From Clostridiales bacterium (GTDB lineage Bacteria > Bacillota > Clostridia > Christensenellales > Pumilibacteraceae), in assembly GCA_031255775.1 (NCBI GenBank), contig JAIRRW010000064.1, positions 1 through 51,821 on the forward strand: a DNA stretch of 51,821 nt, given 5' to 3'. Each line of letters begins with the position of its first letter. Position 1 is the first letter of the stretch. Below are positions 16,926-25,255 of the stretch, piece by piece. The notes beneath the pieces were generated by a model, which was not told the DNA's origin, made no database searches, and worked only from the letters and a program-made list of their open reading frames with translations. The position numbers and the translations under genes were made by a program.

Positions 16926-17683
16926 GTTAAAAAGTATTCGACGGCGGCGATGCTGCGCTTGGAGGCCTCCAGGACAAATTCGTAAAAGCTCCCCACCGCT
17001 TTTTCGTCGGCGTTGTCCGAAACGGACCTAAGCGCGGTAAAGGGCACATTCAGCTCAAAGCAGACCTGCGCGACGGCGGCGCTCTCCATATCCACCGCGC
17101 TTGCGCCGAACTGTTCTTTTAAATACCGCGCCGTTTGCGAATCGTCGATAAACCGGTCGCCGGACGCCACCGTCCCCTTAAAGCAGGAAAACCCCAGGGC
17201 GCGCGCGGCGGCGTAGAGCCCCTCGCACAGGGTCGGATCGCAGGGGATAAAGGGCGACCCGTACCCCTGTATCTGCCCGGGCAGGAGGCCGTCGGCCACC
17301 GCCGAATAGTCGTGCTGTACCGCGCTTGCCGCCACGACGATGTCCTTTTGCTTTAGGGGCGCGATGCCGCCCGCCACGCCCAGATTGATGAGGGCGTCGG
17401 GGCGAAAGCGTTCGATCATGACGGATGCCGCCATGGCGGCGTACACCTTTCCGACGCCGCAGCAGCACAAAACCACGTCCCGGCTTGCCAGCCGCCCGGT
17501 AAAAAAGGTCAGCCGCCCGATCGTATAGGCCGAAAGCGCCGAAAGCCGCGCCTTTAAGCCCTCCGTTTCAAGCGCGAGCGCGCCGATAATCCCGATTGGC
17601 GCCGCCGCTTTTGCGCAAGCGTCCCCCTTCGCGCGGCCATGCCCGTCCCCGTCAAAAGAATCGGACGCAAAACCCTTGCGCAT
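16904..17683 (-). CDS. mtnN: 5'-methylthioadenosine/S-adenosylhomocysteine nucleosidase
   Basis: The PNP/UDP phosphorylase fold is present (APIGIIGALALE...MESAAVAQVC). The ATG at 17683 has an AGGAGGTGGG SD. Confidence 0.85.
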   Translation of the reverse strand: MRKGFASDSFDGDGHGRAKGDACAKAAAPIGIIGALALETEGLKARLSALSAYTIGRLTFFTGRLASRDVVLCCCGVGKVYAAMAASVMIERFRPDALINLGVAGGIAPLKQKDIVVAASAVQHDYSAVADGLLPGQIQGYGSPFIPCDPTLCEGLYAAARALGFSCFKGTVASGDRFIDDSQTARYLKEQFGASAVDMESAAVAQVCFELNVPFTALRSVSDNADEKAVGSFYEFVLEASKRSIAAVEYFLTQPLSFS

Positions 17684-17769
17684 AAATCCCACCTCCTGTG
17701 TGCCTATCTCCATTATACACGGCGCGGGCTCTCTTTGCAAGCTATCTTTCTATCCTTGTATTAGGTATA

Positions 17770-18633
17770 TCAGAAACGGCCGGGATCGCGGGAAAAGAGG
17801 GGCGCAAAGGCCTCCTGCGCGGCGCGGGAAAAGTCGGCGGGCGAAAGGGCTTCGAGCGCGGTTTCGTCAACGGCGCCCAGTCGGTTGAGCCGGTCGTCAA
17901 CCAAGACAAAGCGCGTAAAATAGTTGGCGTTGATGTACCGAAAGAGTCGGCCGGCCGGAGTTTTGCCGTCGATCATGACCGTTTTGACGACCAGCCCCCG
18001 CTTGACCTTTTGGGTGCGGTAGGCGAGGCGGTAGAGCTGCTGGTACTTGGAGGAGCGGTCGGGAACGGCGGTGGAAACCAGAATAAAAACCGCCATGACG
18101 ATGAGGGACGGGTTGAGCCCGAAAAAAAAGGAGGCGATAAACAACCCCGACAGGAGCGCGCCGAAAACAAAGCCGACGATCCGCAGACGCCTATACGCCC
18201 GGTTTCGCGGCATTTTTAGGGTGAGCGCCGAGAGGAGGATGCGGCCGCCGTCCAGCGGGAAAATGGGCAGGAGGTTGAAGGCGGCGATATAGACGTTGGA
18301 GAGGATAAATTCCCGGGTAAAAAAGTAGGAATCGGGGATCAGCCACAGGATCGCGACAAACAGCACCGAGAGCAGGAGGTTAAACAGCGGCCCCGCCGCC
18401 GCGATTCGGATCTCGTCACGGCTCAAGGCGCCCTCAAATTCGCCGATCAGCGCCGCGCCGTAGGGCGTCAATTTGAAATAGCTGAGCGTATACCCCAAGC
18501 GGCGGGCGACCTCGGCGTGCGCCATTTCGTGGAGGACGATGGCCACAAGGTAGGAGAGAAACGCCTGAAAATAGCCCAAAAAAAACATGACCAGCGCCAA
18601 AAGATAGAGCGTCAGCGAGATGTGCAGCCTCAT
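17770..18633 (-). CDS. spoIVFB: Site-2 protease, M50 family, SpoIVFB-like (288 aa)
   Basis: HEMAHA is the HExxH motif. The second zinc-ligand region is LLPIFPLDGGRIL. Its position after minD/minE mirrors B. subtilis spoIVFB. The start was taken at the internal ATG (MRLHISL); the track start is TTG. Confidence 0.7.
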   Translation of the reverse strand: MRLHISLTLYLLALVMFFLGYFQAFLSYLVAIVLHEMAHAEVARRLGYTLSYFKLTPYGAALIGEFEGALSRDEIRIAAAGPLFNLLLSVLFVAILWLIPDSYFFTREFILSNVYIAAFNLLPIFPLDGGRILLSALTLKMPRNRAYRRLRIVGFVFGALLSGLFIASFFFGLNPSLIVMAVFILVSTAVPDRSSKYQQLYRLAYRTQKVKRGLVVKTVMIDGKTPAGRLFRYINANYFTRFVLVDDRLNRLGAVDETALEALSPADFSRAAQEAFAPLFSRDPGRF

Positions 18634-18747
18634 GCCGCCCGTCCGGCTTTTTTTGCGCCGGGGGCGTTTATTTTTGCGGCGCAGCTTTTCTAAGAGCGCC
18701 GCCGCGCCCCGGCCGTCCCCGCGCCCCGTCTCGTGCTTCAATGCCGT

Positions 18748-19170
18748 CTACGCCCCGTCCGCGCCCGGCTGCTCGGTAAAATAGGCGACGATAACCCCTT
18801 CGCCCGGCGCCTCGCCCTCGCGGGCAAGGCTCATGTCGTATAGAATCGCGTTTTTGACGAGGCCGCCGACCGCCTCGAATACCGGGAGCTTAAACAGGCG
18901 GCCCGCAAACACGGTAAAAGCGATGAGCCCGGCGATGCCCAGCCGGACAAGCAGGCCGCGCCGGGGCGGGTCGGTCTTTTGATAGCCCGCCCCGCCGTAA
19001 CCCGTCCCGCCGTAACCGCCGCCCCGCCGGCTATAAGCGCCGCCGCGCGTTGTGCGCCGCCGCTGGTTGTCGATCAGCGTAACCTCGGCCACGTCGATCC
19101 CGTCGTATTTTCCCATAATAGATTGTATGAAACGGGAGAGGGGAAAAATGACACTTTTCCCCTCGGACAC
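18748..19170 (-). CDS. Hypothetical Gly/Tyr-rich single-TM protein occupying the spoIVFA position
   Basis: A low-complexity RGGAYSRRGGGYGGTGYGGAGYQ region is followed by a TM helix (LLVRLGIAGLIAFTVFAGRLF). There is no M23/LytM domain. The start is uncertain. Confidence 0.4.
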   Translation of the reverse strand: MSEGKSVIFPLSRFIQSIMGKYDGIDVAEVTLIDNQRRRTTRGGAYSRRGGGYGGTGYGGAGYQKTDPPRRGLLVRLGIAGLIAFTVFAGRLFKLPVFEAVGGLVKNAILYDMSLAREGEAPGEGVIVAYFTEQPGADGA

Positions 19171-19228
19171 TATTTCCCTCGCCAAAATGCAAGCGCAAGC
19201 GGCATTTTGGCGAAAGCGGCAGCGCTAG
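19167..19228. repeat. Copy F of the intergenic repeat family
   Basis: CTCGCCAAAATGCAAGCGCAAGCGGCATTTTGGCGAAAGCGGCAGCGCT has an 11-bp stem, CGCCAAAATGC/GCATTTTGGCG. Confidence 0.6.
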
Positions 19229-19467
19229 AGTGTCAGCCCCGGATCGATGAGGTGGTCGGTCTCGGCGCGAATGCTCAAAATATAGCGGCCGTCCTCGGTG
19301 ATGTCGATGCACACGCTAAGGTTTTCGCGGTTGAGATACATAAAATTGGTCAAGAGCCGATACTGCTCGCTGCGAATGATTTTGAGCATATCCTCGATTT
19401 TGGCGACCTTATCCCGCATGACCGCGCCGCTCAGACGCTGCTTGACCTTGCTGTTTTGTTGAATCAT
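19225..19467 (-). CDS. minE: Cell division topological specificity factor MinE
   Basis: It is 80 aa. The N-terminal amphipathic helix and MinE fold are present. It lies immediately downstream of minD. Confidence 0.8.
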   Translation of the reverse strand: MIQQNSKVKQRLSGAVMRDKVAKIEDMLKIIRSEQYRLLTNFMYLNRENLSVCIDITEDGRYILSIRAETDHLIDPGLTL

Positions 19468-19484
19468 ATCGGCGTGAGCCCCCC

Positions 19485-20279
19485 TTACAACCTTTTTTTG
19501 ATGCGCCGCTTGATACTGCCGAAAAAGCCCTTGTATTTTTTGGCCGCGTCGTAGATAAAGTCGGTGCCGTAGTGGAGGTTTTTGGCCGCCATAAACGTTG
19601 CGTCATAGCCCGCGCTCCCCTTGTCGGGCAGGCGGCCGGAGCTGGAGAGGATATTGATGTCGTCGTCCTCGGGCACCACCCCCAACGCCCGCGCCTTTAG
19701 GATCTCCCTGACGTCGTCCACGCCCACCGTTTCCTGCCGGAGCTCCATGTCGCCGCGCACGCGGTTGAGGATAAACGAGATGTCCTTTAGCCGATAGCTT
19801 TTTAGGAGCTGGATGACCTTGTCGGCGTCGCGGATGGCGGAGATGTGCGGCGTGGTGACCACGACCGCCTCGTCGGCGGCCGACACCGCGCGGTGAAAGC
19901 CCACCTCAATGCCCGCCGGACAGTCGATGAGGACATAATCGAATTTCTCCTTTAGGCTCCTGACCACCGCCTTGATGTTTTGGCCGTTGATCTTGGAGGT
20001 GTCGTAGCTGTGCGCGGAGGGCAGCACAAACAGCCCCTCGGCCACCTCGTCCTCGATGAGCGCCTGCTTGATACGGCAGCGGTTTTCGATCACGTCCATA
20101 ATGTCGTAGACGATGCGGTTTTCCAGCCCCATGATGACGTCCAGGTTGTTGAGCCCGATGTCGGTATCCAAGAGAACCACCTTGTTGCCCAAGCACGCCA
20201 GCATACGGCCAAGGTTGGCCGTGACCGTGGTCTTGCCCACGCCCCCTTTGCCGGAAGTAATGACGATCGCTCTTGTCAT
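19485..20279 (-). CDS. minD: Septum site-determining ATPase MinD
   Basis: The deviant Walker A motif is SGKGGVGKTT. The start was taken at MTRAIVITS; the track start is TTG. Confidence 0.9.
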   Translation of the reverse strand: MTRAIVITSGKGGVGKTTVTANLGRMLACLGNKVVLLDTDIGLNNLDVIMGLENRIVYDIMDVIENRCRIKQALIEDEVAEGLFVLPSAHSYDTSKINGQNIKAVVRSLKEKFDYVLIDCPAGIEVGFHRAVSAADEAVVVTTPHISAIRDADKVIQLLKSYRLKDISFILNRVRGDMELRQETVGVDDVREILKARALGVVPEDDDINILSSSGRLPDKGSAGYDATFMAAKNLHYGTDFIYDAAKKYKGFFGSIKRRIKKRL

Positions 20280-20479
20280 ACGCGTTTTTACACTCCTAAT
20301 GGCCGCGCCCAAAAATGGGGCGTGGATTGAGTATACCAAATCCCGCGCCGCAAAAAAACAAATGTTCTTGTCGATTTAGCGGTCTTTATGGAAAAAGAAA
20401 AAAGAGAAACGCCCTGACATGCAGGGCGTTTTCGGACGTATGCGCATACAAACAATTCGAATCGGAAACAAGGGATACT

Positions 20480-20590
20480 CGGCGGCGAAATCGGGAGCGA
20501 CCGAAAATGACGTTTTTGTTTGCGGACACCTTTTTTTTCTCGCCAAAATGCAAGTGAAACGGCATTTTGGCGATAGCGGCAGCGCCTTAC
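20480..20590. repeat. Copy G of the intergenic repeat family
   Basis: AAAATGACGTTTTTGTTTGCGGACACC is followed by CTCGCCAAAATGCAAGTGAAACGGCATTTTGGCGATAGCGGCAGCGCC. Confidence 0.6.
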
Positions 20591-21597
20591 GCGCCGTTGA
20601 TTTCCTTTAACAGCGGGATATTGGCAAGGAGCTTTCCGGCGCCCAAAATGGGAATGAGCTCGGCATTTTCGGCGACGGTGATCCGCATCCCCAACAGCTC
20701 GGAAAAAAATTCGGACAGGCCGGGAACGGACGCGCCGCCCCCCGCGACATAGATGCCCATCTCCAGGATGTCGGACGCGAGCTCGGGCGGGCAAACGTTG
20801 ATGATCCCCGCGACGGCCTCACAGATGCGCGTATAGTAGGGCAGCAGGGTCTCGTAAATGTCGGACGCGTAGACCGTGACCGACGCCGGCGTGAGGTTTT
20901 TGATATTGACGCCCTTGATCTCCCCGCTCGAAATGTCGTTGGGGTACAGGCTGGCGACGTCGTGCTTGAGCTTTCGGACCGAGCTGACGCCCGCCTTGAG
21001 CCCGTACTTTCCGGTAATAAAATCCATGAGCGCCTTGTCCATCATCTGTCCGCCCACGTTGACCGAGCAGCCCGCGATGATGCCGCACATGGAGACCAGC
21101 GCGACCTCGGTCGAGCCGCCGCCGATATTGACCAGCATCCCGCCCGCGGGCAGCGAAACGGGCAGATCATAGCCCACCGCGGTGGCCATGATGTTGTCCA
21201 CCATCGTCACCTCGTTGACGCCGCCCCGGACAAACGCGTCCTCATACGCCTTGCGTTCGTCCACCGAGAGCCCGGTGGGGACGGCGACCAGCGCCTTGAT
21301 TTTGGGGAGGAATATATAGCTTTCGGGCAGGATACACTTGACACATTCCTTGATCAAAACGGCCGCGACCTCGTAATTTTGGATATAGCCGTCGGTGACC
21401 GGCGAAACCAGCAGCGTCCGATCGGGCGTCCGCCCGACCATCTCGGCGGCGCGCTGGCCAAAGGCCTTGATGCGGCGGCCGTCCTCCTCGCCCGAAAAGG
21501 CCACGATGGACGGCTCTTTTAAAACAATGCCGCTGCCCGCCGCGTAGACGGTGACATAGCTGGTCCCAAGATCGATTGCGATATGCATCACCGCCAT
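20587..21597 (-). CDS. mreB: MreB/Mbl-family actin homologue
   Basis: It has the actin-like ATPase fold (IAIDLGTS...NIGGGSTE...GIYVAGGGA). It overlaps the maf stop (TGATG). Confidence 0.8.
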   Translation of the reverse strand: MAVMHIAIDLGTSYVTVYAAGSGIVLKEPSIVAFSGEEDGRRIKAFGQRAAEMVGRTPDRTLLVSPVTDGYIQNYEVAAVLIKECVKCILPESYIFLPKIKALVAVPTGLSVDERKAYEDAFVRGGVNEVTMVDNIMATAVGYDLPVSLPAGGMLVNIGGGSTEVALVSMCGIIAGCSVNVGGQMMDKALMDFITGKYGLKAGVSSVRKLKHDVASLYPNDISSGEIKGVNIKNLTPASVTVYASDIYETLLPYYTRICEAVAGIINVCPPELASDILEMGIYVAGGGASVPGLSEFFSELLGMRITVAENAELIPILGAGKLLANIPLLKEINGA

Positions 21598-22154
21598 GAA
21601 AAATGCTCCTCCAACATACGCCGAACCAACGCGACCGGAAGGCCGATCACGTTGTCCGCCTCCCCGTCCGTTTTTTCTATTATAGCGCGAATCTCGTCAT
21701 CCTGCAACCCATACGCGCCCGCCTTGTCGAGGGGCTTTTTTGTCCCGACGTACGCCGCGATAAAATCTTGGTCAAGCGGCCGAAACGTCACGTCCGTCAC
21801 CGCGTGGCCGACGATGCGCTTCCCTGCCCCGATCAGCGTCACGCCGGTAATGACGCGGTGCGTGCGGCCGGACAGGCGGGTCAGCATACAAACCGCGTCG
21901 GCGGCGTCCTTCGGCTTGCCCAATAAGAGGCCGTCGATCGTCACCACGGTATCGGCGCCCAGTACGACGCCGGTTTTTTGCCGATCGTACACATCCTGTG
22001 CCTTACACGACGAAAGCGCCCGCGCGACGGACACGGGCTCGGTCAAACGCGTGCGCTCGTCAAAAAGCGGCGCGACGACGTCCACGGTCAGGCCGGGCAG
22101 GCTTTTAATCAGTTGGATCCGCCGGGGCGACGTGCTGGCCAGCGTCAGCCTCAT
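21588..22154 (-). CDS. maf: Maf-like nucleoside triphosphate pyrophosphatase (septum formation protein)
   Basis: The N-terminus is LTLASTSPRRIQLIK, the Maf signature. It is 188 aa. Confidence 0.8.
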   Translation of the reverse strand: MRLTLASTSPRRIQLIKSLPGLTVDVVAPLFDERTRLTEPVSVARALSSCKAQDVYDRQKTGVVLGADTVVTIDGLLLGKPKDAADAVCMLTRLSGRTHRVITGVTLIGAGKRIVGHAVTDVTFRPLDQDFIAAYVGTKKPLDKAGAYGLQDDEIRAIIEKTDGEADNVIGLPVALVRRMLEEHFSWR

Positions 22155-23665
22155 AGAATCTCCAAATTCTTTTTAAACGATTTGGCAAATTCGGCGGCGG
22201 CGTTCATCGCGTCCTTGATCTCCAGCGACGCGTCGCCCTCCACCTCGGTTTTCATGATGACGCTGTCGCCCAAAACGTCGCAGTTTAGGGTATGGACGAC
22301 GTTGCACATCGAGCGGTCCAGGCTCTCGGCGATCCGCAGAATGGCGGCCAGCCGCATGACGGCGACCAGATCCTCCTCCTTGACGATGTCCTTATAGCGC
22401 GCCCACTCGGCCATCGAAAACTCGTCCTTGCGAAAGCCCTGCGCGACAAAGGCGGACAGGACAAGGTCGCGGTGCGAGACGCCGTAGAGGTTGGAATTGA
22501 TGATAAAGTAAAAGCTGTGCCGGTACCGGTCATAAAACTTGACCCGCGCGCCCGAATCGTGCAGGAGCGCCGCGATCCTGAGGACGCGCACGTACTGGCG
22601 GGGCAGCTTGTGGAGGACGCGCAGCTGCTTGTAGAGCTGGATGGCCAAATTGCAGACCTGCTCGGCGTGCGGAATGTTGACCTCGTAGCTGCTCATCAGC
22701 GTATAGGCCGAATAGCCCATGACGTCGCTGATGGGCTTTTCGAGCGTGGTCGGCACCGCGTGGTTAAACATGACGCCCTCGCGGATACCCGAGCCGGATA
22801 TGACGAGGTTGTCAAAGCCGGTAAAGTTGAATATCCCCTTGATACAGGCGAGCGCGGAGACAAAGATGTCCGCGCGGCTCTCGTTTAGCCCCTTGATGCG
22901 GGTGCGCTTGTCCGTGCTTAGGCCCTTGATCATGTCAAAGACCTGCGAAAAGTCGTCCAGCGAGATGTTGAAGTTGTGGATCATATCCAGCGGGTAACGC
23001 TTGATCCGTCTGACGATACGCGCAAGGTTGCGGAACGACCCGCCCACGCCGACAAACTGAACGTCCGGCTCGATCTCCTTGAGCCAGGTGATGCGGGAGA
23101 TCTGCTCGTAGACATAGGTCTCGATCTGGCGCGTCTGTTCCTCCGGGCTCAAATTGGGATCGGTAAACAGATCGGTCAGGGTGATGGTGCCAAACGGCAG
23201 GTTTTCGCGGTTTAGGACGTTGCGGCGGTTGTAGTGGATGAGGTGCATACTGCTGCCGCTGATGTCAACGATGACGGCCTTGGGGATGTCCAGCGAATTG
23301 ATGACGCCGTGATAGATATGAATGGCCTCCTCCTCCTCGGACAACACCTTAAATTTAAAGCCGCATACCGCGTTGATCTCCTCGATAAAGCTCTTTTGGT
23401 TTTTGGCGCGCCGCACCGCGTTGGTCGCAAACGCGTACATCTTGTCCACATTATAGCTGTCGCACAGCTTGCGAAACATCTTGAGCGTCTTGACGGCGTG
23501 CGCCACGCGCGAGGGTTTTAAAAACCCGTCTCTGTCCATGTCCTGTCCCAGCCTAACGCTCTCCTTCAGCTCGTCGAATATCATGAAATGCCCGCCGGGC
23601 AGAATGTTTGCCAATACCAGCCGCGCAGTATTGCTGCCCAGATCGATTACCGCAATTTTTTCCAC
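22151..23665 (-). CDS. ppx: Ppx/GppA-family phosphatase (exopolyphosphatase / pppGpp phosphohydrolase) with C-terminal HD-like domain
   Basis: The N-terminus is IAVIDLGSNTARLV. It has an ASKHA fold plus a C-terminal helical domain. The GTG start has an AGAGAGG SD. Confidence 0.8.
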   Translation of the reverse strand: MEKIAVIDLGSNTARLVLANILPGGHFMIFDELKESVRLGQDMDRDGFLKPSRVAHAVKTLKMFRKLCDSYNVDKMYAFATNAVRRAKNQKSFIEEINAVCGFKFKVLSEEEEAIHIYHGVINSLDIPKAVIVDISGSSMHLIHYNRRNVLNRENLPFGTITLTDLFTDPNLSPEEQTRQIETYVYEQISRITWLKEIEPDVQFVGVGGSFRNLARIVRRIKRYPLDMIHNFNISLDDFSQVFDMIKGLSTDKRTRIKGLNESRADIFVSALACIKGIFNFTGFDNLVISGSGIREGVMFNHAVPTTLEKPISDVMGYSAYTLMSSYEVNIPHAEQVCNLAIQLYKQLRVLHKLPRQYVRVLRIAALLHDSGARVKFYDRYRHSFYFIINSNLYGVSHRDLVLSAFVAQGFRKDEFSMAEWARYKDIVKEEDLVAVMRLAAILRIAESLDRSMCNVVHTLNCDVLGDSVIMKTEVEGDASLEIKDAMNAAAEFAKSFKKNLEIL

Positions 23666-23798
23666 TGTTACCTCTCTACCGGAAAATAATTTTTCACGTA
23701 AAAGTATACCACAATCTTTTTTTTATGTATAGACCCCTTTTTGCAAAATTTTGACTAATTTTTTCGGGGTTTTTTGGATAGTTTGTATATAGTATGGG

Positions 23799-24404
23799 TC
23801 AAATTTTTTCCCGTACCCGCAAAACGGCGCCCGCCCGCGCGGCCAGCGCCTCGCAGCGGCCGATATCGACGCCCGGCAGGCGCACGACCGTCATGACCGT
23901 CCGAATCCCGGCCGCACTGCACCGCCCGGCAAAATCCAGCAGGGCGGGAAACGCGTCCGCGCCGAAGCCGCTCCTGCACAGCGCGTCGTAGCGGGCGGCG
24001 TCCGACTCGTTTAGGGAGACCGACACGACGTCGATCCGACCCGCAAGATCTTGCACAATATCGCGGCCGTTGATGAGATTGCCCAGGCCGTTGGTGTTGA
24101 GCCGCACCCTTTTCCCGATGCCGTGCAGGTAGTCGGCGACCGCGCACATGACGTCCGTCCGGTAGGTGCATTCGCCGTAGCCGCAAAATACGGCCTCGTC
24201 AAAGGGGAAGTCCGCGGCCTTGATGCCGGCGATCACCTCGGCGGCGGACGGCTCGCGGCTCAACCACAGGTTGCCGCCCTCGCCCACGCCGTCGGCGTAG
24301 GTGCGGATGCAAAAGGTACAGGCGTTGCAGCACCGATTGGTCAGGTTGATGTACAGCGTATCGCCCACGCGATACACAAAAATGTCCGTCTTCTGTTTTG
24401 TCAT
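23799..24404 (-). CDS. Radical SAM protein, TatD-associated family
   Basis: The CNACTFC cluster is a CxxxCxxC motif. It is a small, about 200-aa rSAM protein. It lies immediately downstream of tatD, as in the TIGR04038-type pairing. Confidence 0.65.
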   Translation of the reverse strand: MTKQKTDIFVYRVGDTLYINLTNRCCNACTFCIRTYADGVGEGGNLWLSREPSAAEVIAGIKAADFPFDEAVFCGYGECTYRTDVMCAVADYLHGIGKRVRLNTNGLGNLINGRDIVQDLAGRIDVVSVSLNESDAARYDALCRSGFGADAFPALLDFAGRCSAAGIRTVMTVVRLPGVDIGRCEALAARAGAVLRVREKI

Positions 24405-24462
24405 GATGTCCGTTTTGTCTCCGTTTAAGCGCGGGCGCAGTCCGTATGGTTCTATGCCATGC

Positions 24463-25236
24463 CTACGGCCGCATTTTGGGGAAGGCGCGGTAGGCGTTTT
24501 GGCGGGTGAGCGCGGCGATCTCCTCAAAGTCCTTTCCCAATATCTCGGCGATTTTTTGCGCGGTGAGCGCGACCCGCTTGGGGTAGTTTGTCTCGCCCCG
24601 AAAGGGATGCGGCGAAAGGTAGGGCGCGTCGGTCTCGACGAGGATCCGGTCGAGGGGCAGCGCCCGAATGATCTCGGGAAATTTGTTGGCGTTTTTGAAG
24701 GTCACCGCTCCGGCAAAGGAGATGTAATATCCCCGGTCCGCGTAGTGGAGCGCGGTCTCCTTTGAGCCCGAAAAGCAGTGCATGACCGCCCCGCCGCGTA
24801 TGTCGGCCCCGCGCGCGTCCAGCGCCCTTTGCGTGTCCTCGTAGGCGTCCCGCACATGAAAGCAGACGGGAAGCCCGCAGGCCGCGACGACGTCCAGCTG
24901 ACGGTTTAGCCAGCGCAGCTGTTTATCGCGGTCGGTGTCGTCGTAGTGGTAATCCAGCCCGATCTCGCCCACCGCCACGGCCTTTTCCGCTTGCGTGAGC
25001 GAAAGCAGCGCGTCAAAAATATCGGCCTCCAGCGCTTGCGCGTTGCTGGGGTGAACGCCCACGGCGCAGTAGACGTCCCGATGCGCGGCCGCGATCGCAA
25101 GCCCGGCGCGTGAGCTGGCCAAGTCGTAGCCCACGGTGATGATCTTGTCGAGGCCGTCCGTTTTCATCGCGGCGATGAGGTCGTCCGCGCCGCCGTAACA
25201 GGCGTCGGTGAGGTGCGCGTGCGTATCGATCAGCAT
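24463..25236 (-). CDS. tatD: TatD-family metal-dependent hydrolase (DNase)
   Basis: The N-terminus is MLIDTHAHL. The TIM-barrel metal ligands are present. It lies 19 nt downstream of metG, the classic metG-tatD arrangement. Confidence 0.85.
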   Translation of the reverse strand: MLIDTHAHLTDACYGGADDLIAAMKTDGLDKIITVGYDLASSRAGLAIAAAHRDVYCAVGVHPSNAQALEADIFDALLSLTQAEKAVAVGEIGLDYHYDDTDRDKQLRWLNRQLDVVAACGLPVCFHVRDAYEDTQRALDARGADIRGGAVMHCFSGSKETALHYADRGYYISFAGAVTFKNANKFPEIIRALPLDRILVETDAPYLSPHPFRGETNYPKRVALTAQKIAEILGKDFEEIAALTRQNAYRAFPKMRP

Positions 25237-25255
25237 ATCGGTCGTGCCCACGCCC

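Noticed and set aside
23666-23798. AT-rich 130-bp island considered as an origin or a mobile-element scar
   Set aside because: It contains the ppx promoter (TGgTATACT) and SD. It lacks DnaA boxes and repeat structure beyond a weak CCCC/GGGG stem. It is best explained as an ordinary promoter region.
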